From a virus, in the IMG/VR virus record IMGVR_UViG_3300007106_000008, positions 1-64,000 of that record: DNA of 64,000 nucleotides; one strand, written 5' to 3'. This document shows, in pieces, positions 35,795-44,601 of the stretch. The notes below the pieces were generated by a model. The model did not search any database and was not told the DNA's origin. It was given only the letters and a program-made list of their open reading frames with translations. Every line of letters starts with the position of its first letter. Within the stretch, counting starts at the first letter, position 1. The position numbers and the translations under genes are program-made.

Positions 35795-36768
35795 TGGAAA
35801 TAGCGTTCTCTCTGTTTGCAAATTGATGCTACAGCACAATACTCGCAGCGTTTAACCTGTCCCTCCACGACTTTGATTGCACCCTTGCCACCTTTTTCAG
35901 CCATGAAAATTCTAGCAGAAGCCATGTCTTCGAAGTTCTTAGTACTTCTGGCTCCGGGTACATCTACCTTGGTTGGGTCAGAGAAGTACTTAAACTGTGG
36001 GTCACTACGCCATAGCTCTTCGTCAGTACATTCGGGGATTTCACTTTCTGGTGCATCCCAGTACTTATCTATAAGGCCTAGTTTATTAGCAATCCACTGT
36101 TCTGTACGCTCCTCTGACAATAACGGTATATCCTTATGCATAATGCGTCGTGCAGGATATTTAGGATTATTTGCTGCCATGTACTTCATGAAGTCAGTAA
36201 AGATGTAATTGATACGAATAACATCTTCTTTAATCTTATCGGGGTGAATCCAACGATAGATACTACCTTGCATTTTATGTTCTTCATCACGGGAACCAGC
36301 AACCCAAGAATAGGTTGAGGTTGACTTAAAGTCCTGTAAAAGACCTTCTGTCACGATGTCGAACTTACCCCCAACAGTCCAGCCATTGATAACACGAGTG
36401 CCACGCTGTTCAATATAAACAGGGATTAGGTCAGGGTTAGCAATGAAGTCTTCTTTGGTAGGGTTAATCTTCACTGCGTCAATTACTCTCTGAGGGTACC
36501 CCAGTTTCTTCAATGCAGCTTTATGACCGTTATGCCAAGCTTTTTCGATGGAATCATGCAGACCAGAACCCATAGATGTTGCTGTGAAGTCCATCACATC
36601 AATACTTTGTTCTGAGAAGTTTACACGATGTTTCATGACAATTTGTTTTAACGGTTTAAGCAATGTGGTAGCCGAAATGTATTTCGGGTTATCCACATAG
36701 TCATACTCGTCATACAAAAGCCATACAGCCAATGCTAGGGATACGTCATGTTCGTTAGTTACTTTCAT
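35791..36768 (-). CDS. PD-(D/E)XK / Cas4-RecB-like nuclease candidate (N4 gp42 position)
   Basis: 325 aa with central DFKSTSTY-type motif and C-terminal Cys cluster CEYCAVASIC. Confidence 0.55.
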   Translation of the reverse strand: MKVTNEHDVSLALAVWLLYDEYDYVDNPKYISATTLLKPLKQIVMKHRVNFSEQSIDVMDFTATSMGSGLHDSIEKAWHNGHKAALKKLGYPQRVIDAVKINPTKEDFIANPDLIPVYIEQRGTRVINGWTVGGKFDIVTEGLLQDFKSTSTYSWVAGSRDEEHKMQGSIYRWIHPDKIKEDVIRINYIFTDFMKYMAANNPKYPARRIMHKDIPLLSEERTEQWIANKLGLIDKYWDAPESEIPECTDEELWRSDPQFKYFSDPTKVDVPGARSTKNFEDMASARIFMAEKGGKGAIKVVEGQVKRCEYCAVASICKQRERYFQ

Positions 36769-37069
36769 GCATATTACCTCTTATAATCCCAGCAGTTTCT
36801 GCATCTACCCTTTCTTTAGATAAGATTCTTTTACTGTAATGGCATAATTTTTCGGCATCGTATAGGTGGGTGTTACCGGGTTTACCATTACCTTGTCGTT
36901 TAGCAGAATTTCTCCATAAGGCTTTGAAGGCACAACCTTCATCGAAGGTCATGCCTAGTGCTTGGATAATATCCTCACACTCTGCCTGATAGGGAGCCTG
37001 CTCTTTACGTTGGGGGTTATTAATCTGAACAACATAATAGCTGTTTAATCCACCAGACAGGTTAGACAT
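36755..37069 (-). CDS. DUF3310-like small protein
   Basis: ECEDIIQALGMTFDEGCAFKALWRNSAKRQGNGKP...LYDAEKLCHYSKRI resembles the DUF3310 pattern (xDIIxAL...KYLWRxxxK...DLxKAxxY), from memory. Confidence 0.5.
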   Translation of the reverse strand: MSNLSGGLNSYYVVQINNPQRKEQAPYQAECEDIIQALGMTFDEGCAFKALWRNSAKRQGNGKPGNTHLYDAEKLCHYSKRILSKERVDAETAGIIRGNMHESN

Positions 37070-37070
37070 A

Positions 37071-37373
37071 TTAAATCCCCGGTTTTACCTGATTGCCTGG
37101 ATTGAATTCCTCTTGGGTCATTAACCCAAGATAGCTAAAACCAAGGAACACAATATCTACAATACCCATATTTGGGTCTTGCATACGTTCCTGTAAATTA
37201 GCTGTAATGGAACGTTGTGCTTGGGCTAAGCTAGCAGCATTTACTACCTGCTCTTTGGTGAGTAGAACAGCATTAACTGGAACTGCTCCACCATCGGATG
37301 CATCTTTATTAGTAAATACTACTTGAGCTGACACCATCCAGTGGTGCATTGCTACTTTATCTTTCTTGGTCAT
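37071..37373 (-). CDS. Hypothetical protein (N4 gp40 position)
   Basis: 100-aa ORF with overlapping start/stop with the DNA polymerase piece. Confidence 0.6.
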   Translation of the reverse strand: MTKKDKVAMHHWMVSAQVVFTNKDASDGGAVPVNAVLLTKEQVVNAASLAQAQRSITANLQERMQDPNMGIVDIVFLGFSYLGLMTQEEFNPGNQVKPGI

Positions 37374-38111
37374 GTGAATGCCTTTTTAATTGTCAATAGT
37401 ACATCATCAGGTTTAGCGTGATTTGGTATAACAATCTCGTTAGCCCATGTTGGGTAGAACAAAGATAAATCCCCACCCAGACCAACATCTGGATGCATTA
37501 TATCGGGGTGGTTCTGCCAGTTAACTGCTTCTACCAAATGCTTATTGGTAAACTGCAATGTGTCCATGTTGTCACGTATCATGAAATACTGTGCATCATG
37601 AATATGAATACTAGGTCTAATATCCAACCTGTATTCACTGGTTCTGACTTTACGCATAAATTCTGAACCAGCACGGTTATTCAGTAGACACCAGCTTTGC
37701 CCTAAAGCATTACCAGCCGTTCTACCCTCAGCTTCTGCTTCGTATGGGGTCTTACATGTCCCACGTAATACTTGAGCCAGTAAAGGAGTACGCACTCTCA
37801 ACCCAAATGCAGCAGTTACGTAGCCGGTTTTAGCAGCCTCGTCTAGTTTGGCTTGTACCCAAGCATCACTTACCACGTAGAGTTCGTGATAACGGTGCTC
37901 GGTTAGCTTGGCCTTCTCTTCGGTAAATCCACAGTTTTTCATTAAGCCCATATACGTGCCACCATAGGTAAGCAAGAATGTTGGGGCTTTAGAGTCACCA
38001 CGCAAGTGTTTGTGCTTCTCTTGAATGGAGTTAATGGACTCAACTGTGTCTACTATGTCTGGCATCTGCTCACCGAAGTAAGCAAAAGCACGAAGACTGT
38101 GTCCGTCGTAG
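37370..38111 (-). CDS. Family-A DNA polymerase (N4 gp39-like), third piece (motifs B and C); 5' boundary uncertain (38111 or 38123, or own ATG at 38200)
   Basis: YDGHSLRAFAYF (DxH region), motif B RGDSKAPTFLLTYGGTYMG, motif C SIHIHDAQYF. Confidence 0.8.
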
Positions 38112-38812
38112 CCAGTTGAACTACCTATCTTTTTTACAGATTCTATTTTTTTGCCAGTGAAATCATGGGTTGATTTTGGCAAGTTGTCGTATTGCGACAT
38201 CTCTGCGATTCCCCCTCATAACCTCATCCCACTTATAACGGACACCAAGTCTGTCAGCAGTGGTTCTGAGCATTTTATGTAGTGTCTCCGCACGTCTGCC
38301 CGTTTCCTGAGCCAGTTCCCCTACTTGTTTTCCACCCAGTACTTCAAATAGATATTTCTCTTTGTCGTCGGCAGACATATATCCTGGTCGCAATCCAGTA
38401 CTTAGGGCATGCTCTGAATTCTGAGTTGCTGTACACCATTCCAGATTATCCTTGTGAGGATTCTGTTTATTACCATCCAAGTGATTTACATACTTGTACC
38501 CGTAGGGGTTGGGAATAAAGTGTTTAGCTACCAGAATATGAACCAGTTCCTGTTGGTGTGACCCATCCCCATTTGCCAAGCCTACCTTAAGGTATCCATT
38601 AGGATTTACTGTAGGTTTGAGTGGAGAATTGCTAGCTAGGTTAGTGATGGAACCATCTTCTGAAATCAGGTAACGGTTCTCAAAGTAGGCTATTGGTGTA
38701 GGCATTATAAAATTCCTCTCCGGTAAATGTTTTACCATCATAGACAATGGTATCATCGTCTCGGATATGATGGTCAACCCCGTCGATGGTAACGCAATAC
38801 ACTATCAGTCCC
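38112..38812 (-). mobile_element. Second intervening sequence in the DNA polymerase gene: probable group I intron of a different family, or a gene-splitting HEG insertion
   Basis: Possible P1: exon AUACAU| pairs with intron GUGUAU 10 nt downstream, including a terminal U.G. R-like GAGACACTACA (38278-38288) and S-like GATAGGTAG (38121-38129) are complementary (ACUAC/GUAGU). No similarity to the other two introns. Confidence 0.5.
38163..38705 (-). CDS. HNH homing endonuclease (NUMOD4-like N-terminus, C-terminal HTH)
   Basis: The ATG at 38705 is preceded by ggagagg. Motifs: FENRYLISEDGSITN, VNHLDGNKQNPHKDNLEWCTATQN, and C-terminal GELAQETGRRAETLHKML. Confidence 0.85.
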   Translation of the reverse strand: MPTPIAYFENRYLISEDGSITNLASNSPLKPTVNPNGYLKVGLANGDGSHQQELVHILVAKHFIPNPYGYKYVNHLDGNKQNPHKDNLEWCTATQNSEHALSTGLRPGYMSADDKEKYLFEVLGGKQVGELAQETGRRAETLHKMLRTTADRLGVRYKWDEVMRGNRRDVAIRQLAKINP

Positions 38813-38973
38813 ATGTATACCTTAAGTTTCTGAGGGTCTTTGGTGGTTAGTGCAGATATTCTGTCTTCAAGTGATGCAAAATCAAGGCCACAGAATATCC
38901 ATCCAGGGGGTGCTTGGAAGCATCGTTTAATCTTCTTAGCATACTTACTACCGGATGGAATGGTTTGCAGATT
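38813..38973 (-). CDS. Family-A DNA polymerase, second piece (motif A)
   Basis: NLQTIPSGSKYAKKIKRCFQAPPGWIFCGLDFASLEDRISALTTKD corresponds to PolA NLQNIP...DYSQIELR. Confidence 0.8.
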
Positions 38974-39681
38974 CATTGTGTTCAGCAGGGTTCGTTAATT
39001 CCTGCCCGGAATTAAATCCAGCTATACGTTACCGTATAGAGCAGACTATATCATTACGCCAAATACCAAGGCGTACCATGCGCTTCCACCCACTTGAGTG
39101 TACTCTCTTTCGAGATAGTCGTTGCACCTTTCAATGATGCATGTAACCGAACGTGGTCGGTTAAAGACATCAATACTAAGTTTCCAAAGTCATTGTTATA
39201 TGGATTGAAATCACAGTGATGAACGCACCAGCCTTTAGGCACTTCTGTAATTTGTAGACCTTCACACACAACTACGTGATGAGAGAATACATGCTTACTC
39301 CGTTTACGCCCGGTATACCATTCTGGTTTTAGAACCATGAGGTAACCTTTACTGTCTGATACTTCCCCTACGTAACCGGGATGCTTATCTCCAAACTTAC
39401 CGGTCATTGGGTTATTGCCACCCAATTTAGAACGTCTGTAAGATTTAGCATTACGGTTTGTACGATAATCTTTGCTGTAATTTTCCATAACGTATTTAGA
39501 CACTTTCTTGTAGCTAATGCCCAAACGTTTAGCAATTTCTGCTTGGGAAAGGTCTGTATTGTCATACAGATTCTTAATATCCATCATGTGCCTCCTAAGG
39601 CAGATATGGTTGACTTGGCTCAGGATTGTCCTTATAGGAGTTCCCCTGAATTCACATGGTTTAATGAACCCAATCTAATTT
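38974..39681 (-). mobile_element. Group I intron (708 nt) in the DNA polymerase gene, homologous to the gp44 intron
   Basis: P1: exon GAACCU| pairs with GGGUUC 9 nt into the intron (terminal U.G). P-like GAATTCAGGGGA (39642-39653), Q-like CAATCCTGAGCC (39617-39628), R-like GGTGCAACGACTATC (39114-39128), S-like GATATAGTCTG (39042-39052). Terminal G at 38974. Splicing restores ...GRLSASEP|NLQTIPS. Confidence 0.8.
39054..39587 (-). CDS. HNH homing endonuclease with N-terminal HTH (intron-encoded)
   Basis: DLSQAEIAKRLGISYKKVSKYV (HTH) and VHHCDFNPYNNDFGNLVLMSLTDHVRLH (HNH). The 3' end overlaps the intron R element. Confidence 0.85.
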   Translation of the reverse strand: MMDIKNLYDNTDLSQAEIAKRLGISYKKVSKYVMENYSKDYRTNRNAKSYRRSKLGGNNPMTGKFGDKHPGYVGEVSDSKGYLMVLKPEWYTGRKRSKHVFSHHVVVCEGLQITEVPKGWCVHHCDFNPYNNDFGNLVLMSLTDHVRLHASLKGATTISKESTLKWVEAHGTPWYLA

Positions 39682-41352
39682 AGGTTCTGAAGCAGATAGC
39701 CTACCGGACACCGTACCACCCAAGTTAAGGTTTCCGAATAGATAGTGCCATCCATCCGGCCCCGGTTGGGCATTACGAAAAGCTGGTATAAAACTAGTAA
39801 TAATTTTATCTACTAGCTTAAAGTCGATAATGGCACCGAGTATTTCCTTCACTTCACAATTGTTAGTATGGTTGAGTAAAGCCTTTAGGGTATCCCCACC
39901 AGTTTCGGGTTGCTTACTTTTAGTAAGCCCTAATACTGGTAAACCTAAGTTCGAGAATAATAACTTTTGTATATGTTTATCAGAGTTAGGGTTAAAAACT
40001 ACAGGACTCTCTTCAGCAGTTACACGTTTAACCTTAAGCTTACTGTTTCTTGTTACTGCCCAATCTTCGTGAAGTTCCAGTGTGAAGTTTTTAATCAACA
40101 TGCTGTTACTAAGGGTTTTTAGGGCCTGATTTCTATCATTCTCCATTTCCTTAGCAACTTCATTTACCGTATCCATATTCATGGGCATACCGGTAAGCTG
40201 CATCTGAATAATATCTTCACATGCTGGTTTAAAGATATCGTTGTATACCCCAAGCTGGTCATCAGCGATAACGGTATTCCAGTGCTTCTCATAGGTGTAC
40301 CAAGTACATAAACCATCAATTAGGTTATAGCGAAGCAACTGTTCGTTAGGTATACGGCAGATATCCTTAATATCATCCTGAGCATAGTTACCAGCATACT
40401 CTTGAGCTTGGTCTTTTAGACTTAGGTGATTACCTGCACAGCTATTAGTAGCTAGGTAGGTAATTAACTTAGTACAATCCCAATTACGCAGCATGACACT
40501 CATACCATTTAAAAGCCCTTCTGTATCCAAAAGGTTACTCATAAATAACTGGTAGATTAGTACATAAGCATCATAACTGATGTTGTGATACATCTGTTTC
40601 TGGGTGTACTTAATAAAGAAATCCCTGAGCAGATTACGAACAATGTCATTACGATTACGTCTACCAAATGGTGCTTGAGTAGCCCCCTCTATTGGTTCGT
40701 AATCTACATTGAATGCAATCCCCTGAGTCTTACTCCAACAGAAGGTAATGGTGCCTATGCCTGCGTTATAGTGCTTCAAATCGAAGGCTTCTATATCTAT
40801 GGCTAAAGGTTTATCCATCTCTAATAACTGGTCTAGCCAGTTTTTAATCTCTTCAGTAGTTTTAGGGTAAGCCTCAAACTCAATTATTCCTTTACCTGGT
40901 TCAGCATACTGACCTTGTATGTGATTAAGTAAAGCATCCATTCCCTGTTTAATCTTAGCCTTCACTACAGCAGGGTCATAGAATACCTGTCTATAATTAG
41001 GTACATAGATTACCTTTTGGTCACCCCATACCGAATCACATATGTAACCTAGGTTAGCCTCTGCTTTAGGTAGTTTGGTTAGTACTTTAAAGTAATCGGA
41101 GTCAGTGCAGATTATGTACTGAGTTTGTGCATCATCCAGTACTTGCTGAAGTTCTGTTTCAATAAACTCCTTCATTTCCTTAGCAGGAGTTTTCTTTTTG
41201 CCAGGTGCAGAGTGCAACTGTATAAAGATAAAATCCTCCATACTGAGCTGGTCTGGAGTCAGGTAAGTTTTAATCATTTCATCTCTGCGAATTTGCTGAG
41301 ATAGAATTGCGATTGGATATTTACCTGTTTCTTGGGAAGTTATGTAACGCAT
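39682..41352 (-). CDS. Family-A DNA polymerase, first piece (3'-5' exonuclease and N-terminal polymerase part)
   Basis: LAIDIEAFDL (Exo I-like) ... ends in TVSGRLSASEP, the conserved TGRLSSxxPNLQNIP motif, broken exactly at the intron. Confidence 0.85.
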
Positions 41353-41360
41353 ACATACTC

Positions 41361-41891
41361 CTAGAAGATTAGGTGAGCAGCAGCATAATACTCAATGGAA
41401 GGTAAAATCTTCTCATATTGTTTTATTGCCATAGCATCACCTTTCAGTGTCCAAGCTGCCTCACGAGTACGAGGTAAGCTTTTATAATTACCACTTTGGT
41501 CTTGCACTACCAGACATTCTGGAAGAGCATCACGAACGTCCTGATAGGTTAAACATCCACGAACCAGGCGATATACCGTCTGATTTATAACGTGTACTTC
41601 CATAATCAGTCGGCTGGCTGACTTAAGGTAACCATCCATCTTTCCCCATAAATCTGGGTTAAGCGTAATGCGTTCCCCCCAAGTTGGGGTTTGAGATGCA
41701 TTAGACCGTTGGTAAAATTCACCTTGATATAAGAACCCTGCTGATATAGCAATACCGTTTATTTTATCGTTAAGGTCAATGATACCGTTTAGTACATTAT
41801 CAAGACGAGCCAGTTCAGCAATAAACAAGTGCTTAACAATATTGCTACTGTTAGCAATCTGATTAATTGTTGTGGTACCTATTTGTTCCAT
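41361..41891 (-). CDS. Hypothetical protein (N4 gp38 position)
   Basis: 176-aa ORF between the helicase and polymerase genes. Confidence 0.6.
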   Translation of the reverse strand: MEQIGTTTINQIANSSNIVKHLFIAELARLDNVLNGIIDLNDKINGIAISAGFLYQGEFYQRSNASQTPTWGERITLNPDLWGKMDGYLKSASRLIMEVHVINQTVYRLVRGCLTYQDVRDALPECLVVQDQSGNYKSLPRTREAAWTLKGDAMAIKQYEKILPSIEYYAAAHLIF

Positions 41892-41899
41892 AAATCCTC

Positions 41900-43210
41900 C
41901 TAGAAGGTAAGTCCACCATATTTCTGAGCGAGTTCACCGTAGAACACTACTCTTTTACGAGCACGGGATACTGCGACGTAAAGCAAACGGGCAACCATAT
42001 CAGGTTGGCGACAGCTTGAGAGGTCGGTAGCATCAATAAATATGGTGTCGTAAGTAGAGCCTTGTGACTTGTGAACGGTACATGCATGTAATGCACGTAA
42101 ATCTGGAATAGACTCTTTTAGTCTGAAGTATGGTTCCCAGTTCTTATCTTTACCTAACCATTTAACCAGTTGGTTAAAGTAATCTGGGTCAGTAGGTACT
42201 GGTACATCACTGATGATGCCACTATAACCAGTATTGATGGAGGAATCTCTTACTTCTAACTCAATGTTACCAACTACTTTAATCATTCGTGTAGCACTGT
42301 CTTGGTCAATAATTTCCAACTCCTGTTCAATAGAAAGTCGGTCTTCTACACCAAGCTTTACTGCTGAGTTGGATACTAATTTTTCTCCAACCTTGTACTC
42401 GCCAACATGTCCATTAGCTTCACGAATATAGTTATTGTAACGAATAACTTGGTCATTTGTATAAGCCACAATGCGACTGTCTGTTACCTGAGTGAAATGG
42501 TCTAATACAAGCTGCTCCATTTCACTATCACTTACCCAGTCAATTACTCCAGGTACACATTTGATTGGTAAGAATCCTGTTTTACCTTCAACAGTATCAC
42601 GTAATTGTTGGTGCAGTGCTTTTAGCTCAGGATTATCAGTACGCATTTGCTGGGTTAGGTAATGGGTTGGAATGTTTCCTGAATACACAGGAGACTTACT
42701 TTCCTTTACTGGTAGTAACTGGTCAGCATCGCCTACGAATACCAGTTTACTGTTATGAGTACCTTCACGAGCATACTTCAGTAACTGACGGTCAATCATG
42801 GATGCTTCATCAATGAAGATAATCTTGTTACGTTTGATTGTGAAAGACTTAGACGGAATCACGTTGGATTCCCCAGTCTTAAAATCATTCTTAACAGTAA
42901 GACCTTGGAAGGAGTGATAGGTTGAGGTTGGTCTTCCTGTAGCACGAGCCAGTACCTCTGCTGCCTTATTGGTGGTAGCAGTCATCACTACTTCTTCATA
43001 CATCGGTTTGACTCCCATGATGTAGCAAGTCTCTGTATAAGCAGGCAATGTATCATCAATTAAATGAGACATAAGAAATGTTTTACCTACACCACCAGGC
43101 CCACTTATTCCAAATTCTGTAGAATTGGGGTCTAGAAGGAAGTCAAAAAACTCTTTAGCTACTGCTTCTTGCCCCTGGTTCAGGGGTAATTTGGTGGGTT
43201 TAGTAAACAT
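41900..43210 (-). CDS. SF1 (Dda/RecD-like) DNA helicase (N4 gp37-like)
   Basis: Walker A GPGGVGKTF, Walker B IIFIDEASMI, VFVGDADQLLPV, C-terminal TVHKSQGSTYD and YVAVSRAR. Confidence 0.85.
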   Translation of the reverse strand: MFTKPTKLPLNQGQEAVAKEFFDFLLDPNSTEFGISGPGGVGKTFLMSHLIDDTLPAYTETCYIMGVKPMYEEVVMTATTNKAAEVLARATGRPTSTYHSFQGLTVKNDFKTGESNVIPSKSFTIKRNKIIFIDEASMIDRQLLKYAREGTHNSKLVFVGDADQLLPVKESKSPVYSGNIPTHYLTQQMRTDNPELKALHQQLRDTVEGKTGFLPIKCVPGVIDWVSDSEMEQLVLDHFTQVTDSRIVAYTNDQVIRYNNYIREANGHVGEYKVGEKLVSNSAVKLGVEDRLSIEQELEIIDQDSATRMIKVVGNIELEVRDSSINTGYSGIISDVPVPTDPDYFNQLVKWLGKDKNWEPYFRLKESIPDLRALHACTVHKSQGSTYDTIFIDATDLSSCRQPDMVARLLYVAVSRARKRVVFYGELAQKYGGLTF

Positions 43211-43243
43211 CCACTTCTCCAGTAAAAAACCCTCCGAAGAGGG

Positions 43244-43696
43244 TTAGACGTAAGGGGTCAAATCGGGTGGAGTATAGTCCTTACCCTTCATGACTTTTTT
43301 GTTTTCGTTGAAGACTGGTTCCCCATCTTCGAACTTAGAATAGTTTGAGCGATTGACCTCTGCCAAAGCTCCAGGGACATTCATCCCCAAGAAAGTACCG
43401 ACGCCGGTTGCTGTAACAATCTGGTCAGCCAGTGCATCGAGTAAATCTATTGAATCAACTACTACGATACCACCTTCGTCTTTTATAAGATTAGCCACTA
43501 AATCAATAGATAGAGTCAGTGCTGCAATCTGTTTAGCGTGTACTGCGTTATCACTTGTTACAGCAGACAGCATCTCTGCTACTTCTTCTAGATGGCAACC
43601 AATCTGGGTACTAATATTCTTCTGGGTCGGGTTTGGTACCGCCTTGTTGAACCATTGTTTGGTCTGTACCAGCGTATCGTTTAAGGAATCGCTCAT
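43244..43696 (-). CDS. MazG-like all-alpha nucleotide pyrophosphohydrolase candidate (N4 gp36 position)
   Basis: I prefer the ATG at 43696 (MSDSLNDTLVQTKQWFNKAVPNP...), which has agagag upstream. Motifs HLEEVAEMLSAV and DLLDALADQIV helices. Confidence 0.5.
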   Translation of the reverse strand: MSDSLNDTLVQTKQWFNKAVPNPTQKNISTQIGCHLEEVAEMLSAVTSDNAVHAKQIAALTLSIDLVANLIKDEGGIVVVDSIDLLDALADQIVTATGVGTFLGMNVPGALAEVNRSNYSKFEDGEPVFNENKKVMKGKDYTPPDLTPYV

Positions 43697-44015
43697 GAGC
43701 ACTCTCTTTATGTTGATGACGTTTATTATAAGCCTCCATGAGCAGGTCACGAACGTAAGAGCGAATCTCATACTGTGGCCCAACTTGCTCTGCAAGCCAA
43801 TCAGCTACATGGGTAGGCATGGGACGTAAAACGTTCTCCATGAAGGTGCGACGAGTGTCAGCAGGTTCAATATTAAGAGAACGTAACCGTAAGGTCACTG
43901 TGGTGGGGTGTACCCCCAATGTTTTAGCAATAGTTGCTAAAGATAATCCGACAGCATTCATACGAATAATGTCATCATCAGTGGCCTTGCGGTTAGAACG
44001 GTAAACGTTAGACAT
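43611..44015 (-). CDS. HTH DNA-binding protein
   Basis: The ATG at 44015 is preceded by gaagaggaaat. Motif VGLSLATIAKTLGVHPTTVTLRL. The 3' end overlaps the next gene by about 86 nt. Confidence 0.6.
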   Translation of the reverse strand: MSNVYRSNRKATDDDIIRMNAVGLSLATIAKTLGVHPTTVTLRLRSLNIEPADTRRTFMENVLRPMPTHVADWLAEQVGPQYEIRSYVRDLLMEAYNKRHQHKESAHERFLKRYAGTDQTMVQQGGTKPDPEEY

Positions 44016-44069
44016 AGTATATTTCCTCTTCAAAGATATAATCAGTATTACATACCGATGGTGTCTAAT

Positions 44070-44546
44070 CTACAGTCCATGCCTTGAGCTAAAGCCGTAT
44101 TCTTTTTCAGCAACTTTACGTTTACTAATTGCTTCGTTAATATCAGCAAAATAACCCAAATGGGTTAACTTACCGTACTGCTTTATGTAGGCTTTCCACA
44201 TTTGTCTTTTCTTACAGAAAGTAACTCCAGTGACGCCACTAGTATTGTCGGAACGTTTTGCCATATTTCTATGGTTCCCAGTTGAAGTAACTAAGCGTAA
44301 TTCACTTATCCGGTTGTCACAACGAATTCCCCATTTGTGGTCAATTTCCATTTCTTCAGGAATTGGGCCGTTGTGCATTTCCCACACAATCCTGTGTACT
44401 GCATACTTACCACCATTGATGGTAGCGTAGATATAACCATTCGGCTTTTTACAACCAGCAACCTTGCCAACCTGTATCTTTCGGTTAAGTGCAACCTTCC
44501 AGATAAGGTTTCCATTATCATAAGTGAAGTAATCGTGCCAGTTCAT
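44070..44546 (-). CDS. Free-standing HNH-AP2 homing endonuclease
   Basis: IDHKWGIRCDNRISELRLVTSTGNHRN (HNH-like) plus AP2-like GVTFCKKRQMWKAYIKQYGKLTHLGYFADINEAISKRKVAEKEYG. Confidence 0.85.
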   Translation of the reverse strand: MNWHDYFTYDNGNLIWKVALNRKIQVGKVAGCKKPNGYIYATINGGKYAVHRIVWEMHNGPIPEEMEIDHKWGIRCDNRISELRLVTSTGNHRNMAKRSDNTSGVTGVTFCKKRQMWKAYIKQYGKLTHLGYFADINEAISKRKVAEKEYGFSSRHGL

Positions 44547-44601
44547 AGTGTTCTCCTTAGAAAGTACCCTCAGTATATTTCAACTGAGGGTTCTTGAACA
44601 G

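Noticed and set aside
38690-38812. Intein N-terminus in the polymerase (YCVTIDGVDHHIRDDDTIVYDGKTF... looks like a Cys-start Hint block A)
   Set aside because: The frame hits a stop after 41 codons, and the downstream HNH gene is in another frame with its own SD. No His-Asn followed by Cys/Ser/Thr junction precedes the resumption of polymerase sequence.
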